DNA of 63,647 nucleotides, counting the filler, from Octopus bimaculoides (lineage: Eukaryota), in assembly GCF_001194135.2 (NCBI RefSeq). It is 6 parts of 6 records of this genome, joined end to end, with 100 filler letters (N's around TTAATTAATTAA, not from the genome) between each part and the next. Parts side by side here need not be neighbours in the genome. Positions count along the whole stretch, not along the records: positions 32,857 to 56,451 come from NC_068986.1; positions 56,552 to 61,481 come from NC_068982.1; positions 61,582 to 63,647 come from NC_069009.1; 3 more parts are not named here. The stretch is one strand, 5' to 3'. The number at the start of each line of letters is the position of its first letter. The first letter of the stretch is position 1. Both the position numbers and the translations under genes were made by a program. Of the stretch, positions 49,877-63,159 are shown one piece after another. The notes beneath the pieces were generated by a model. The model saw only the letters and a list, made by a program, of their open reading frames with translations. It had not been told where the DNA came from and made no database searches.

Positions 49877-51440
49877 TCATTGTTCAGTTTTATTTCAAGA
49901 TTTCTTGCCAAATAGAGAAAAAAATACTTTCTAACCTAGATCCAAGGCTCCTTCATTGGAATTTCAACGTCAGCCACAGGGTATGTTTGTTTGTTTCTTT
50001 GTATGTATGTATGTATGTATGTATGTATGTATGTATGTATGTATGTATGTATGTAGGTATATATATGTATGTAGGTAAGTATATATGTATGTATATGTGC
50101 AGATTTGTGTATTTTGTTTTATATATGTATTCTCATGTATATACTTGCATATCTAGACATTCTCATATATATTTAAATGATAAACTTCTGGAAAGTTTGA
50201 CATATTTTTACAGTTGCAGTGATGGATTGGATCTGTAGTCTTCGAATTATCTTTCTCCTTTCTGGTTTTGGGAAGCCTAATTTCTCAAGATCGGTGTTTA
50301 GGTAGTGTGTTACATATCGTACATATCGCAGGGCCTAAATAATTACAGGTATAACCCTGAATTTGTAATCTGGATAGAGGAACTATAGATTTCTCAATAG
50401 ATCAGCATAGGTGTTCTCTTTTTCAATGATCTTCAGCCTCGTGTTAACATCCGCCGGGTAACTAAATTCCCCAACTGTGCACAGTTTCTCCTCTCAATCC
50501 CAAATCATTATATTTCATTTCATTGAGGTCTTCACTGGTACATTCCACCAGTATTCCTTTTTATTATGAGTGGCTATGACTTCCAGTATAGCGTGGGTTC
50601 TTATTTCTTTGTTCTCGGGGTTATCCTTCCGACGGATTTCATTATAGAGTGTCCCAGCTACATCATGTCTCATCGGTAGATAATACCATGATATCATTTT
50701 CGTACAAATGCTTATGATGTGATTGATATATTCGGTGTTAACTCCACAAAGTCTGCATCTGTTGCCACATTTACTGCTTTTCTTGCATCTCTATCCCTTT
50801 TGTGCATCAGGTATTTGGTTGATATTTCTTGTTCCCGGATTGCAAACGCATATACTTCAAAGTGGAAGGTAGTAATCCGGCTACTGGTCCATGATAGACT
50901 GCTTTGATCATCAATATTACTATCATCTCGGAGCTTTCTGCTAATATATCCATGCATAGTCTTCTGCACATATAGGTTCATCCTTTCATCTCATGATACG
51001 CTGCGATAGAGTCGTGCGAATTCTTTGAGCATGTATTCTAGGCTATCAGACAAGGAATGTTGCTGAAGGGGCTTGCCATCTAAATCCTATGACTTAAACA
51101 GGATCATGGATGCAAACTTGGTAAAAGGATGCACTTCGACACTTAGTTAGGGTTAAAGGTAGGGTTAAAACATGATGCGGAAGGGATATGATACGACATT
51201 CAAAGGCATTTCAGATCGATGTTAAGACTATGTTTTCGTATTAGGCAGAGGTGGTTTACGTCACTGTTTATGTAGAAATTATGTGTGCATGTTAATATTT
51301 TTCGGGTTTTCACATCAATGGCTCGGATCTCATCAAGCGTCCAATCAAGCAACCCAAATGTTGGTATGAGTATTGGCACTGCATTGTGGGCCATTGTTTT
51401 ATTGAAAGCAGCGTTCTGAGGTCCAAATTTTCTTTATTCC
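49877..51440 (-). mobile_element. R4/Dong-like RLE element, 5'-truncated, flanked by (CATA)n
   Basis: Reads AHNAVPILIPTFG..DVKTRKIL, AIREQEISTKYL, CRLCGVNTEYINHII, EYWWNVPV, EKENTYADLLRNL and LQIQSITATVKIC. (CATA)n lies directly 5' (above 51440) and 3' (below 49877). Confidence 0.8.
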
Positions 51441-51482
51441 ATTATGTACGTACGTATGAATGTATGTATGTATGCATGTATG

Positions 51483-51513
<31 letters not shown>

Positions 51514-51817
51514 GGATGGATGCATGAGTGTGTGTATGTGAGTGCGTGTGTATATGTGCATGCATGTATGTATGCATGCATGTATGTATTTGTGTGTATG
51601 CGTGTGTATATGTGTGTATGTGAGCGTGTATGTGAGTGTGTATGTATATATGTATGTATGTATGAATTCATGTATGTATGTGTGTATGTGTTGTGTATAT
51701 GTTTGTATATGTTTGTATGCATGTATATATGTATATATGTATGCATGCATAAGTATGTATGTATTTATGTATATATGTATGCATGTCTGTATGTATGTGT
51801 GAGTGTGTGTATGTGTG

Positions 51818-51910
<93 letters not shown>

Positions 51911-52017
51911 GTGTCTATGCATATATGCTAAATAACAGGTCACCGTTTCAGAACATTACCGTCTTTAGCATTAAATATAATTTCTCTTTATAAATCAATA
52001 ACATATTGGCGATAAAA

Positions 52018-52080
<63 letters not shown>

Positions 52081-54063
52081 TACACACACACACACATCTA
52101 TATGTGTGTATTGTGTGTATGTCATATGTCATTGCATTATGTTGGTGAAATAAGTGGGTTGATCGTCACAGGTATATTTAAGTGAAGGAAATCTGAGAGC
52201 GCTTCCAGCCAAATTTTACTCTCAACACCCAATAGGATAATTTAGGCCATAAATCTACAATTACATTAATTAGTCAAGCTAAGACTAGCTGTAGCATGAA
52301 TATTCAAAAAGTTAGTACTGTTATCAATGTAGACAGATATGTCACAAATCAGCAGGTGGTTTCAGACCATTCCGAACCAAATTTGCAGGGAATCTAAATT
52401 TTTACCCCCGTGATTCTAGATTATGTAGTGTCACATAAACATAAACAACATAATGAAATAATATGAAATGATATTGATGGGAAACTGGAAACAGTAGGTG
52501 CGTTTAAACTGATCAGGTATTTACATCTACCTCTGTGGATCTTACCTTTCAATCTAATAGTTCGATTTAACAGACTTTCGTACAGAAGCGTCCGTTATAG
52601 CTCCAAATTATCGTTAATGCGGAATACGCTTTGGAGCCTCTTTTAATGCTGCCCATACATGGAAACCTTGCTGCTAATTAAATAATTCGGGTTTTAAACA
52701 TCATCTTTGGTGAAAGGGCTTAGAAAATTTCTCTTGAGGCAGTTCAGGTAAGCGCCTCTACTAAGAAATAGCATTCCAATTAGAACCGTTGTCTCATACT
52801 ACTTTCACAGTGCTTAATAATATTATCAATAGAGTTGGGCACATGACCAGATATTCACTTCTGCATAGGGATTTCAAATCTTGTATTTACATGCTATTTT
52901 ATCTGATATCTGATGGTATCTGTTAAATATATACGTACAATTACATAGATATGCTTATATACACACATATATACCAATATCCAATATATGTGTTCGCGTG
53001 TATAATATATGCATGGGTGCATGTGCATTTGCGTGTTTTCAAATCTCTTTCAATATATTTTGGTAGACACAGAGTTCATATCACCCTAATATCAACCGAG
53101 AGATCCTGGACAGGCGGACAGATTACCATGAGAACGCACTTCTGTGCTGTTAAGACATGGAATGATGTACGTAATTGTAGTCTAATGTGCAATAAATTTT
53201 TAGAGTGTTGCCTTGGAAACGGAAGAGTGAATGTAGAGATAATATAAAGAGAAACAACTTATATAGATATAATTTAATGGCACATTGCTTTAACGTTGAT
53301 GAGGATCATATGCAGAGGAGATATGAAATGAAAGTGGAGTAAGAATATATGCACACACAATCGTCTGCATACATTTATATAAATCTCACTGATACACTGG
53401 TGTAAAATTACAAATACAATGCTATTGGAATTAGTTCTACGAACATCTACCATTGCTTATACCCAGAGAAATGCATATATAAATGCAAAATCAGAGACCA
53501 ACGAAAATGCAGCCACTAAGATTAATTTAATTTCCAGAGCTGCTACAAATTTATAGTACTGCACAAATGTATCAGTGGGATGTATATGGACGCAAAGAAA
53601 TGGTGCTGAATGCGCATGTACTTAAATCATTTTGCATATCACTTAAAATTGTTCACAGCATCAATGATATATTATTACCGATTTTATATATATATATATA
53701 TATATNNNNNNNNNNNNNNNNNNNNNNNNNNNNNNNNNNNNNNNNNNNNNNNNNNNNNNNNNNNNNNNNNNNNNNNNNNNNNNNNNNNNNNNNNNNNNNN
53801 NNNNNNNNNNNNNNNNNNNNNNNNNNNNNNNNNNNNNNNNNNNNNNNNNNNNNNNNNNNNNNNNNNNNNNNNNNNNNNNNNNNNNNNNNNNNNNNNNNNN
53901 NNNNNNNNNNNNNNNNNNNNNNNNNNNNNNNNNNNNNNNNNNNNNNNNNNNNNNNNNNNNNNNNNNNNNNNNNNNNNNNNNNNNNNNNNNNNNNNNNNNN
54001 NNNNNNNNNNNNNNNNNNNNNNNNNNNNNNNNNNNNNNNNNNNNNNNNNNNNNNNNNNNNNNN

Positions 54064-54280
54064 NATACTCTTTTACTCTTGTACTTGCTTCAATAATTTG
54101 ACTGCGGCCATGCTGGAGCACCGCCTTTAGTCGAGAAAATCGACCCCAGGACTTATTCTTTGTAAGCCTAGTACTTATTCTATCGGTCACTTTTGCCGAA
54201 CTGCTAAGTTACGGGGACATAAACACACCACCATCAGTTGTCAAGCGATCTTGGGGGACAAACACAGACACACAAACATA
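54064..54280 (-). mobile_element. SINE family A, 3' half
   Basis: Close reverse complement of 5905-6101. Confidence 0.9.
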
Positions 54281-54344
54281 TACACACACACATACACACA
54301 CATACACACACACACACACGCGGACACACACACACACACACACA

Positions 54345-54379
<35 letters not shown>

Positions 54380-56096
54380 GTTATACTGAAGATTCAGTTG
54401 AATTAGGTACGTAAATTAAGGCACCTTACCAGATGAATTAAATGGAACCGCTTGAAGCGGCCGTATTGTATTTACACCTGTACATCATTGTTACATATTT
54501 ACGTGTTTGTGTATGTGTGTGCGTGTGTGTGTGTACACATACATACATATATATGCAGATACATATACTCAAGCACGCGTATTACCTTTGAGTGGTCAAG
54601 AAGTAGAGGGATACCGTAGTAAAAGAAGACCCTTCCTTAGGTATAAGGAAAAGTTGAAGCAATCAAAAAATCTCGACGACTTTATTTGACATCTTGGAAA
54701 GTCATTGCCTAGCTCGATTTGAATGCCGTAAAACGTATCATGATTCATCAAAACAATGTTAATTGAAGAAACAGAAGAGAAAAGACAGAAAGCAAACGTC
54801 CAGTACTTAGGACATCATGCAGGAAAAAATAGTCTCGTGAGGAAAAGAAAGCTGGATGATGGTCACGTGTGAACAATGAGAGAGCAAAAAAGAAAGAGAG
54901 GGAGAGAGAGACGAATAGAAAACGGTATATGTATTAAACGGTATGTATATATATTACCCCCTCCAAAAAAAAAAAAGAACAAACACAAGAAAAAACAACA
55001 ACGCGAGTACATGGTACGTGCAAAGTATTAGCAGACACTCAGAGAAGGAAAGCAAGGTGGTCTGACCTTAGAGTCCCTCATAGCATGAGGCATTCTTAAA
55101 TATNNNNNNNNNNNNNNNNNNNNNNNNNNNNNNNNNNNNNNNNNNNNNNNNNNNNNNNNNNNNNNNNNNNNNNNNNNNNNNNNNNNNNNNNNNNNNNNNN
55201 NNNNNNNNNNNNNNNNNNNNNNNNNNNNNNNNNNNNNNNNNNNNNNNNNNNNNNNNNNNNNNNNNNNNNNNNNNNNNNNNNNNNNNNNNNNNNNNNNNNN
55301 NNNNNNNNNNNNNNNNNNNNNNNNNNNNNNNNNNNNNNNNNNNNNNNNNNNNNNNNNNNNNNNNNNNNNNNNNNNNNNNNNNNNNNNNNNNNNNNNNNNN
55401 NNNNNNNNNNNNNNNNNNNNNNNNNNNNNNNNNNNNNNNNNNNNNNNNNNNNNNNNNNNNNNNNNNNNNNNNNNNNNNNNNNNNNNNNNNNNNNNNNNNN
55501 NNNNNNNNNNNNNNNNNNNNNNNNNNNNNNNNNNNNNNNNNNNNNNNNNNNNNNNNNNNNNNNNNNNNNNNNNNNNNNNNNNNNNNNNNNNNNNNNNNNN
55601 NNNNNNNNNNNNNNNNNNNNNNNNNNNNNNNNNNNNNNNNNNNNNNNNNNNNNNNNNNNNNNNNNNNNNNNNNNNNNNNNNNNNNNNNNNNNNNNNNNNN
55701 NNNNNNNNNNNNNNNNNNNNNNNNNNNNNNNNNNNNNNNNNNNNNNNNNNNNNNNNNNNNNNNNNNNNNNNNNNNNNNNNNNNNNNNNNNNNNNNNNNNN
55801 NNNNNNNNNNNNNNNNNNNNNNNNNNNNNNNNNNNNNNNNNNNNNNNNNNNNNNNNNNNNNNNNNNNNNNNNNNNNNNNNNNNNNNNNNNNNNNNNNNNN
55901 NNNNNNNNNNNNNNNNNNNNNNNNNNNNNNNNNNNNNNNNNNNNNNNNNNNNNNNNNNNNNNNNNNNNNNNNNNNNNNNNNNNNNNNNNNNNNNNNNNNN
56001 NNNNNNNNNNNNNNNNNNNNNNNNNNNNNNNNNNNNNNNNNNNNNNNNNNNNNNNNNNNNNNNNNNNNNNNNNNNNNNNNNNNNNNNNNNNNNNNN

Positions 56097-56154
<58 letters not shown>

Positions 56155-56258
56155 TATACATATACATATACATATACATATTCATATACATATACATATA
56201 CATATGCATATACATATTCATATTCATATACATATACATATTCATATATTCATATACA

Positions 56259-56430
56259 TAGGCGCAGGAGTGTCTGTGTGCTAAGTAGCTTGGTTACCAA
56301 CCACATGGTTCTGGGTTCAGTCCCACTGCGTGGCACCTTGGGCACGTGTCTTCTACTATAGCCTCGGGCCGACCAAAGCATTGTGAGTGGATTTGGTAGA
56401 CGGAAATTGAAAGTAGCCTGTCGTATATAT
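56259..56430 (+). mobile_element. SINE family A, 5' half
   Basis: GGCGCAGGAGTG..GGTTCAGTCCCACTGCGTGGCACCTTGGGC..CTTCTACTATAGCC. Confidence 0.85.
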
Positions 56431-57404
56431 ATCTATATATATATTTATATANNNNNNNNNNNNNNNNNNNNNNNNNNNNNNNNNNNNNNNNNNNNTTAAT
56501 TAATTAANNNNNNNNNNNNNNNNNNNNNNNNNNNNNNNNNNNNNNNNNNNNTTCCAGAGTTGGAATGTTGGAGACACTGCTTGACACGTCCATGCTCATG
56601 GCCGGCCGACCGAGAAAGAGATAGAATTAAGCGGGAAAGCTTGCTTGTTTAATTCCACGCATGCGTGAGACTACGCATGCGCACGGCGTTACTACAGCCT
56701 CTTCTACTTGCGTGGTCGTCATTATTTCGATTATCTTTGTTTTCGTGAAGTACGTTCTATATATAGTTTTCTCCTTGGTATCTTTCATAATTTCTTGTGG
56801 AGGGAACACCTTTACTTCGCACCCCTCCCTACAAAGCATGCTCTTATATTTACTCAGTTCTTTTAGTTCGACTTCGTTGCTATGACACTTGGCGACAGCC
56901 GCAAAATTTCATTTCTTCAACTGCTCATCCATTATTTCGACAGACTTCAATAGTTCCTTCTCAGAAGACCTAAGCTCCAAGGAGGTGAGGTTTTCGTATT
57001 CCATCATTAATACTTGCGCTACCCACTTCTTCGAAGGGGAAAAGCGTTAACAGACTGCCGTGAGGCAGTAAACAAAGTGTTTAAAAAACATGAAACAATT
57101 TTAACATTAAACGAAACAACAAATATAACACTCACGCACGTAAATACTGTGCAGAAAAAAGTGAGACTGGAACCAAAGACATTGAGATAAGAAGTTGAAT
57201 TTTTATAAGTAACGTAGGCTCAAATTATGGCTTAGAACAATTAGACTGTCTCACGTGATTTATTTGGAGGCTGCGATTGGTCAGGTTGCATATTGGCGCA
57301 AGTTAGAGTAAGAGACAAATTGTGCCAATACCAACCAATCAGAGTGATGGACACAATGGGGTCTAAATAGCGCCCAAAGGTTAGCTGCTTTCTGCTACGT
57401 TCGA

Positions 57405-57466
<62 letters not shown>

Positions 57467-58129
57467 AATAAAAGAGAGAAGAATTTCACTAGAGTATGCG
57501 CTAAAGACATCATTTACTATATATTTTAACTGTGTAAGGTTGTAGGCTGTAGAATAAATACTGACTAACGCAATAAAACGGTTGCACGGAGTTGAATACT
57601 AACACTGTTAAAGCTGCATAGCAGGAATACGATATGGACGCTAGGACTGTTAAGGAAGCATTATCTTCAAACTGGTTATAAAGACTGGAATAACATTTCT
57701 GTAATTATATTGAAAGAGCTGCTAAGGCTTTCTACTTCGCCAAGTTTCCGAATTTGTCATAATAACTAGAATAACATTTTCTTCAGATGTATTTGCAAGT
57801 GTTGTGAGTACTGTCAAATCAACCAAATATTCATGCTGGTTATAAAAACGAGAATAATGTTTAAACCACAACTCTCCATGATGAAAAGGAAAATCCAAAC
57901 AGTGGTACTGCAAAGTGGACGCTGTTGTTCGTTCAACGTCTAGACCGCAGCTAAACTAAACTCTTTCAAAATCGGTACGTTTTACTGTTAGGCGGAAGTT
58001 GTTGCTGTATTACTACATCGCCAACCCTACCTGGCTGGCGCCTGCCCAAGTGCCACTAGATTACGCCACAGCGATAAAACAGTTGTCATGTCTCACTACA
58101 AGTGAATAAAGAAGTCTGCATGTATAACA

Positions 58130-60210
58130 TGTGAAAAAGGTATTTAAAAACGGTATTTAAGTGAATACAGGTTCAAGCTGAACGCAAATAAGTGGATTTC
58201 TTTTTGCCTATAATTAGATATTTGGAGCAAATCATAGATAGAAAGAGTCGGCATCCGGATCCTGGGCATCAGCAATTAAAAATATGCCCTAGCCAAAGAA
58301 TGTGGTGACATTACAATCGTTTTGGGGTTTGGTGAATTATTACCAAATTTACATCCCTAATATTCATAACTTGTGTGCACCATTAAATTACCTGCTAAGG
58401 AAAGGAATGAAATGGAATTGGACGCAAAAATGCCAAGAAGCCTTCAAACAGTTAAAAGATATATTAACTTCCGAGCTATCTTTAGTATACTATAATCCGA
58501 AAAAGGAAATTATAGTAGCTTCAGATGCCAGTGAATATAGCATCGGTGCTGTAATTTCGCATAAATACTAAGATGGTAATACAAAACCTGTAGTACATGC
58601 ATCACGTACACTATTGCTCGCTGAGAGGAATTACAGCCAGATTGAGAAAGAAGCTTTGGCAATTATTTATGCTGCAAAAAGTTCCATAAATTCATCCATG
58701 GCAGAAGGTTTTGTCTGCAAACCGATCGTCACCCATTATTGACTACATTTGGCCCTAAGAAGAGCATTCCAGCACATACTGCCAATAGATTGCAGAGATG
58801 GGGAACCATTTTATTGAACTACAATTTCAAAATGGAATAGCTCCCCTCATAAAAGTTAAGCCACGCAGACGGGTTATCTAGGTTAATAACTGAAAATGTT
58901 GAACCGTTCGAAGTTACGAGGTGAAATGGAGATAAAAAGCATTTTGTGTAACGTGATTAATGAATTGCCTGTCACCTTAGAAGAAATTAAAACCAAAGTA
59001 CTGAAAGATGAGTTTATAAAGAAGATGAAAGTCACCTTGAAAGAAAATAAAGTAAACACACACACTGGACTGAAAATTTAGATTCGAACTTCTATTCTAT
59101 ATAGGACAATATTCTAATGTATGCACAAAGGACTATAGTACCATTTACACTGCAAAAAAGAATTCTGAAAAATTTTCGCGTTGAAAGCACTTATGAGAAG
59201 CTATGTGCATTGGCCAAAGATGGAGAAAGGTATCGAAAATCTTGTAAGATCCTGCAGAGGATGGCTCAGACAACGAAATCACTTACTGTAAGATACCAAC
59301 CGTGGTCAAAGCCCGAGACACCCTGGTCCAGGCTTCACATAGATTTCGCAGGCCCACTATATGGAAACTATTTTCTTGTAGTAGTGGATAGCTTACACAA
59401 AATGGCCGGAAGTATGTAAATGTAGACATCCTATGCCCTCTGCAATAATTTATTCCTTCCATGAGATATTTGCTCGATATGATATACCAGGTATCATTGT
59501 GCTCGATAATGGGTCACAGTTTTCAGGATCTCAACTCAGAAATTTCTGCCAGATGTTCCAAATTGATAATATAACCACGCCACCATATCGCCCACGGTCA
59601 AATGGTCAGGCGGAATGGTTCGTGGACACGTTCAAGAGGGCATTAAGAAAAACGAGCAACGAAAGGATTGGTGATCTGACATTAATAAAATTTCTAAAGG
59701 TATATAGAATTACTCCAAACCCAAACGCACCATCAGGTAAATCTCCATCCGAACTAATGCTCGCGAGAAAGATTAAGTTCATTTTGGACAAACTACTGTC
59801 AAACAGACAAAAAAAACACACTTTAAAATACAATAATGACAAAATAATAAAATAATAAAATACAATAATGACAATTTTGAAGTAGGCGAAAAAGTGTTTT
59901 TTTAAGCATACAGATATGGGAAACAATCATGAGAAGATGGTATTATTTGTAACAGAATTGGAAAAATGATCTATATGGTAAAAGAAGGCAAAAGGACAAC
60001 AGTTCGATTTCAGGTGAGAAACCAGTTGAGAAAAAGGTACACCGAGGATAATAATAAGTTAATTGAAGAACCGATAGATTTTAATGCACACCATATTTGA
60101 AGTACCATTACCAGATAAAACTGGCATACCCTTTCGGAGCAATACTAGAAAAAGGAAAATTCGAGAGCTTTTAATAGTTGACCCAAAGAGGAAGGTGATT
60201 TTTTTTTAGA
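58130..60210 (+). mobile_element. Ty3/Gypsy pol remnant (RT end, RNase H, integrase)
   Basis: Reads [66 protein letters not shown] and PYRPRSNGQAEWFVDTFKR. Domain order is RT-RH-IN. Confidence 0.93.
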
Positions 60211-60218
60211 AGGGGGGT

Positions 60219-60566
60219 TGTGGGGGAGAACTAAAAGAAAATTAACAAATGTGTACACCCACACTCTTCGAGAAATGTATAGTTTAAAAGGGAAGATATG
60301 AATTTAACTGATACCCCAGAACGTGGCTGGTGGTGGACTGGACGAGTTTATAAATAGATGAGCACGTAGACAGTTGAGGTCGAACTGTGAGAGCATTTGT
60401 CTCGTTATTGATTCTGCGTTGGAGTATTGGATTGTTATTGTGCGAACAGTTATAAGATAATCAACTCTTGTTACATTGTTTATTGTTATACGAACTGTTT
60501 TGAATAATACTTGTAACTCCTAATAAATGTGTTGAGTGTCTTTCTTTCATTTGTCCACTCACTACT
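60219..60566 (+). mobile_element. Probable 3' LTR of the Gypsy element
   Basis: A polypurine tract AGAAGGGGGG (60208-60217) precedes TG. TATAAATA and AATAAA occur inside. No matching 5' LTR is in the window. Confidence 0.65.
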
Positions 60567-61382
60567 ATATATATATGTGTGTGTGTGTGTGTGTAGTGGA
60601 TCTTGCATGCATGAAGTGGATTCGATCCACCATAGCCAAATTTAAATTGACACTACAGCAGAACTTTTCCCATGGTGGAACAATGGTTTTTCTGTTACAG
60701 CAGTTTTACATTTTCCAGATGCCTTTAGCTAGGCCAAAATAATGTCTTCACCACTTGACCCTTTCTAGCCCCTTCTATTTCACCAAAAGCTAGAATAGCT
60801 ATAACAAGACCACCAACTAAATCTATTGTTCTCAATGATATGTCTATCCTTCTGGATAGTTATAAAAAACAAGAAACCCCAAGCAAAAAGTTAGTTTAGT
60901 CACCAGTCGGTGGCGACTCAACTAGTTCAGTAACCAGTCGGTGACGACTCAGCGAAAATGAAGTCTGGCAGACCAGCTAGACCCTTTGTCAGAGGAAGAA
61001 ATGAAGTTTACTGTCAGCAACTGTAAGACAACGTCCCACACCCTACAACTCTCAGAAGCTCTAATTCTGTTCTCTTACAACATATTCTATCGCTATCTGT
61101 GAATTACTACTAACAATTCGTATACGCCAAACTATGCAAAGAAACATTCTACCACAACTTTCTTTCGCATGCTCTCGGATATTATAACCTGCCCGTCGAG
61201 GCAACGTATTGTAATGTAACAGTAAATAAATACTTCCTTAAAACTTCATGCATTGTCCATCTTTCCCATCTTACAACATGCAATTATAACAACAAATTTT
61301 TATCGGCACAACTGCTGACTCCGACGTGATAATATTGTTTACAAATCAATTTCTCCCATTACAACTGGTAACCTCTACCGTT

Positions 61383-61415
<33 letters not shown>

Positions 61416-61418
61416 TAA

Positions 61419-61449
<31 letters not shown>

Positions 61450-61450
61450 A

Positions 61451-61481
<31 letters not shown>

Positions 61482-62310
61482 NNNNNNNNNNNNNNNNNNN
61501 NNNNNNNNNNNNNNNNNNNNNNNNNTTAATTAATTAANNNNNNNNNNNNNNNNNNNNNNNNNNNNNNNNNNNNNNNNNNNNATATATATAGTTTTAGGGA
61601 AAAGAACCAAGGTTCATGAAACTTAATTTAATTTTAATTTTTAATAAATTGATTTTAATTGAGATTTTACCTGTAATTTTGGATTTTATCCCTTATATAT
61701 ATATATATATATATATAAACAGACCAATCCTGGATAAATTGTTTTACATACATATAACGAATATTTATGTATATAAATACGCATACATATAATAATAATA
61801 TAAATAATGAGATACTGACTATTGATACTCGTATATTTTCTCTTCTTTTGAAGTATGTGTCCGTGGTAGCTGGCAAGCGCAAGAAGACTGGGGTAGGTGA
61901 AAACTCCACTAAACTAGATGATACAAGCATATATATATATATGTATATATATATACATACATATGCATATATATGTATATATATCTCATATATATCGTAT
62001 ATAAATCTGTATGTATATATGTATATGCATATATATATTAAAAAAAAAACTGGCTTTACTAAAATCTTATAGTATATATTAACTTGGGTATATATTTTTT
62101 TCTGCAAATTTATATTTTATTTTTAATTTTTTTTTTTTTTTTTACATGCCAAGTTTTTTCCATGTGAGAAAAAAAATTAATTTCAATTCATGCACACTTC
62201 AGTCAAATAATAATAATAATAATAGTAGTACATTTAGTGACCAATAAATCCACCAGCAAAATTTCACCCTCCCCTCAAAACCTTTGCAATGTGTTCAGTG
62301 GAATGTTATA

Positions 62311-62577
62311 TCATGTGACTGACCAGGCTATAAGATGTTGCACATCGCTGGTCACAGTGCACTTTGCATTATCTTAGCCTTCGAATGATGCCACCTCACT
62401 GGCTAAGGAAGCAGGCCAACCTTTCTTCTCGCCCTGATTGGAAGCGAGGGGGACCGGAGCCAACATGAAATGAAGTATTTGGCCCCAAAACACAATGTAC
62501 CGCCCTGCTTGGTAATTGAACTCGCGATCTACTGATCACGAGCACAGTAGCCTAACCACCAGACCACATGCCTTCAC
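62311..62577 (-). mobile_element. tRNA-derived SINE family C with 12 bp TSD
   Basis: The reverse complement starts GTGAAGGCATGTGGTC..GAGTTCAATTACC. TGGAATGTTATA occurs at 62299-62310 and 62860-62871. Confidence 0.8.
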
Positions 62578-62584
62578 TGGAATG

Positions 62585-62853
62585 CTTCTTGCTTGCTTGC
62601 TTCATGCTCTTGCTTGATGGGGCTGGGGTCACCCCCCCCCTGTTAGTAGGGTCCCAGAGGCATCGTTGAGTGTAGACCTGACCAGGTCCACCAGTGCTCC
62701 CCTTTGCTGGTGGTCCCATGCCAGCCCCCTCTGATTCCTCCATGATGATGTTGACCTTCTGGAGATCCTCCTTAACCCTGTCCAGCTCCCTTGGTGTATG
62801 TAGGGCCTGCTATGGGGGTTGCTTCCGGCCTGCTGCTGCGTTGTTGAATGAGA
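62585..62853 (-). mobile_element. 5'-truncated RTE-like LINE 3' end with (CAAG)n tail and 13 bp TSD
   Basis: Minus strand reads LDRVKEDLQKVNI..ALVDLVRST. CTTCACTGGAATG occurs at 62572-62584 and 62854-62866. Confidence 0.7.
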
Positions 62854-63159
62854 CTTCACTGGAATGTTATAATCTTCTTTTTATATATTTCTTCTTCTAT
62901 CTGTCTGTCCGTCTCACTCTCACTCCATCTCTCTCTTGCTCTTCTCACTCTCTTCTCTTCCTCTCTCTACCTCTCTCATGTCTCTGTCTGACTCTCTATC
63001 TCCTCCTCTCTACCTCCTCCTCTCTTGCTTTCTCACTCTACATGTATCATTCTCTCTCTCTCTTATTTTCTTCCATATTTCAGTCTTTCTTTCTTACTGG
63101 CTGACCCTTTTTTTCACCACCCTATCTTCCATCTGTCCTATCTACCTATCCTTCCCTTT

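Noticed and set aside
51147-51170. TTAGGGTT-like motifs
   Set aside because: There are only two imperfect units, which is not an interstitial telomere array.
57660-57920. TTF-type zinc-finger/hAT-like words (TGYKDWNNI, AGYKN.NN..LH..KW)
   Set aside because: The peptides are too short and degenerate, and no TIRs or DDE region were found.
60898-60951. Two 23 bp direct repeats considered as a CRISPR-like array
   Set aside because: There are only two units with an 8 bp spacer, in eukaryotic DNA with no cas genes.
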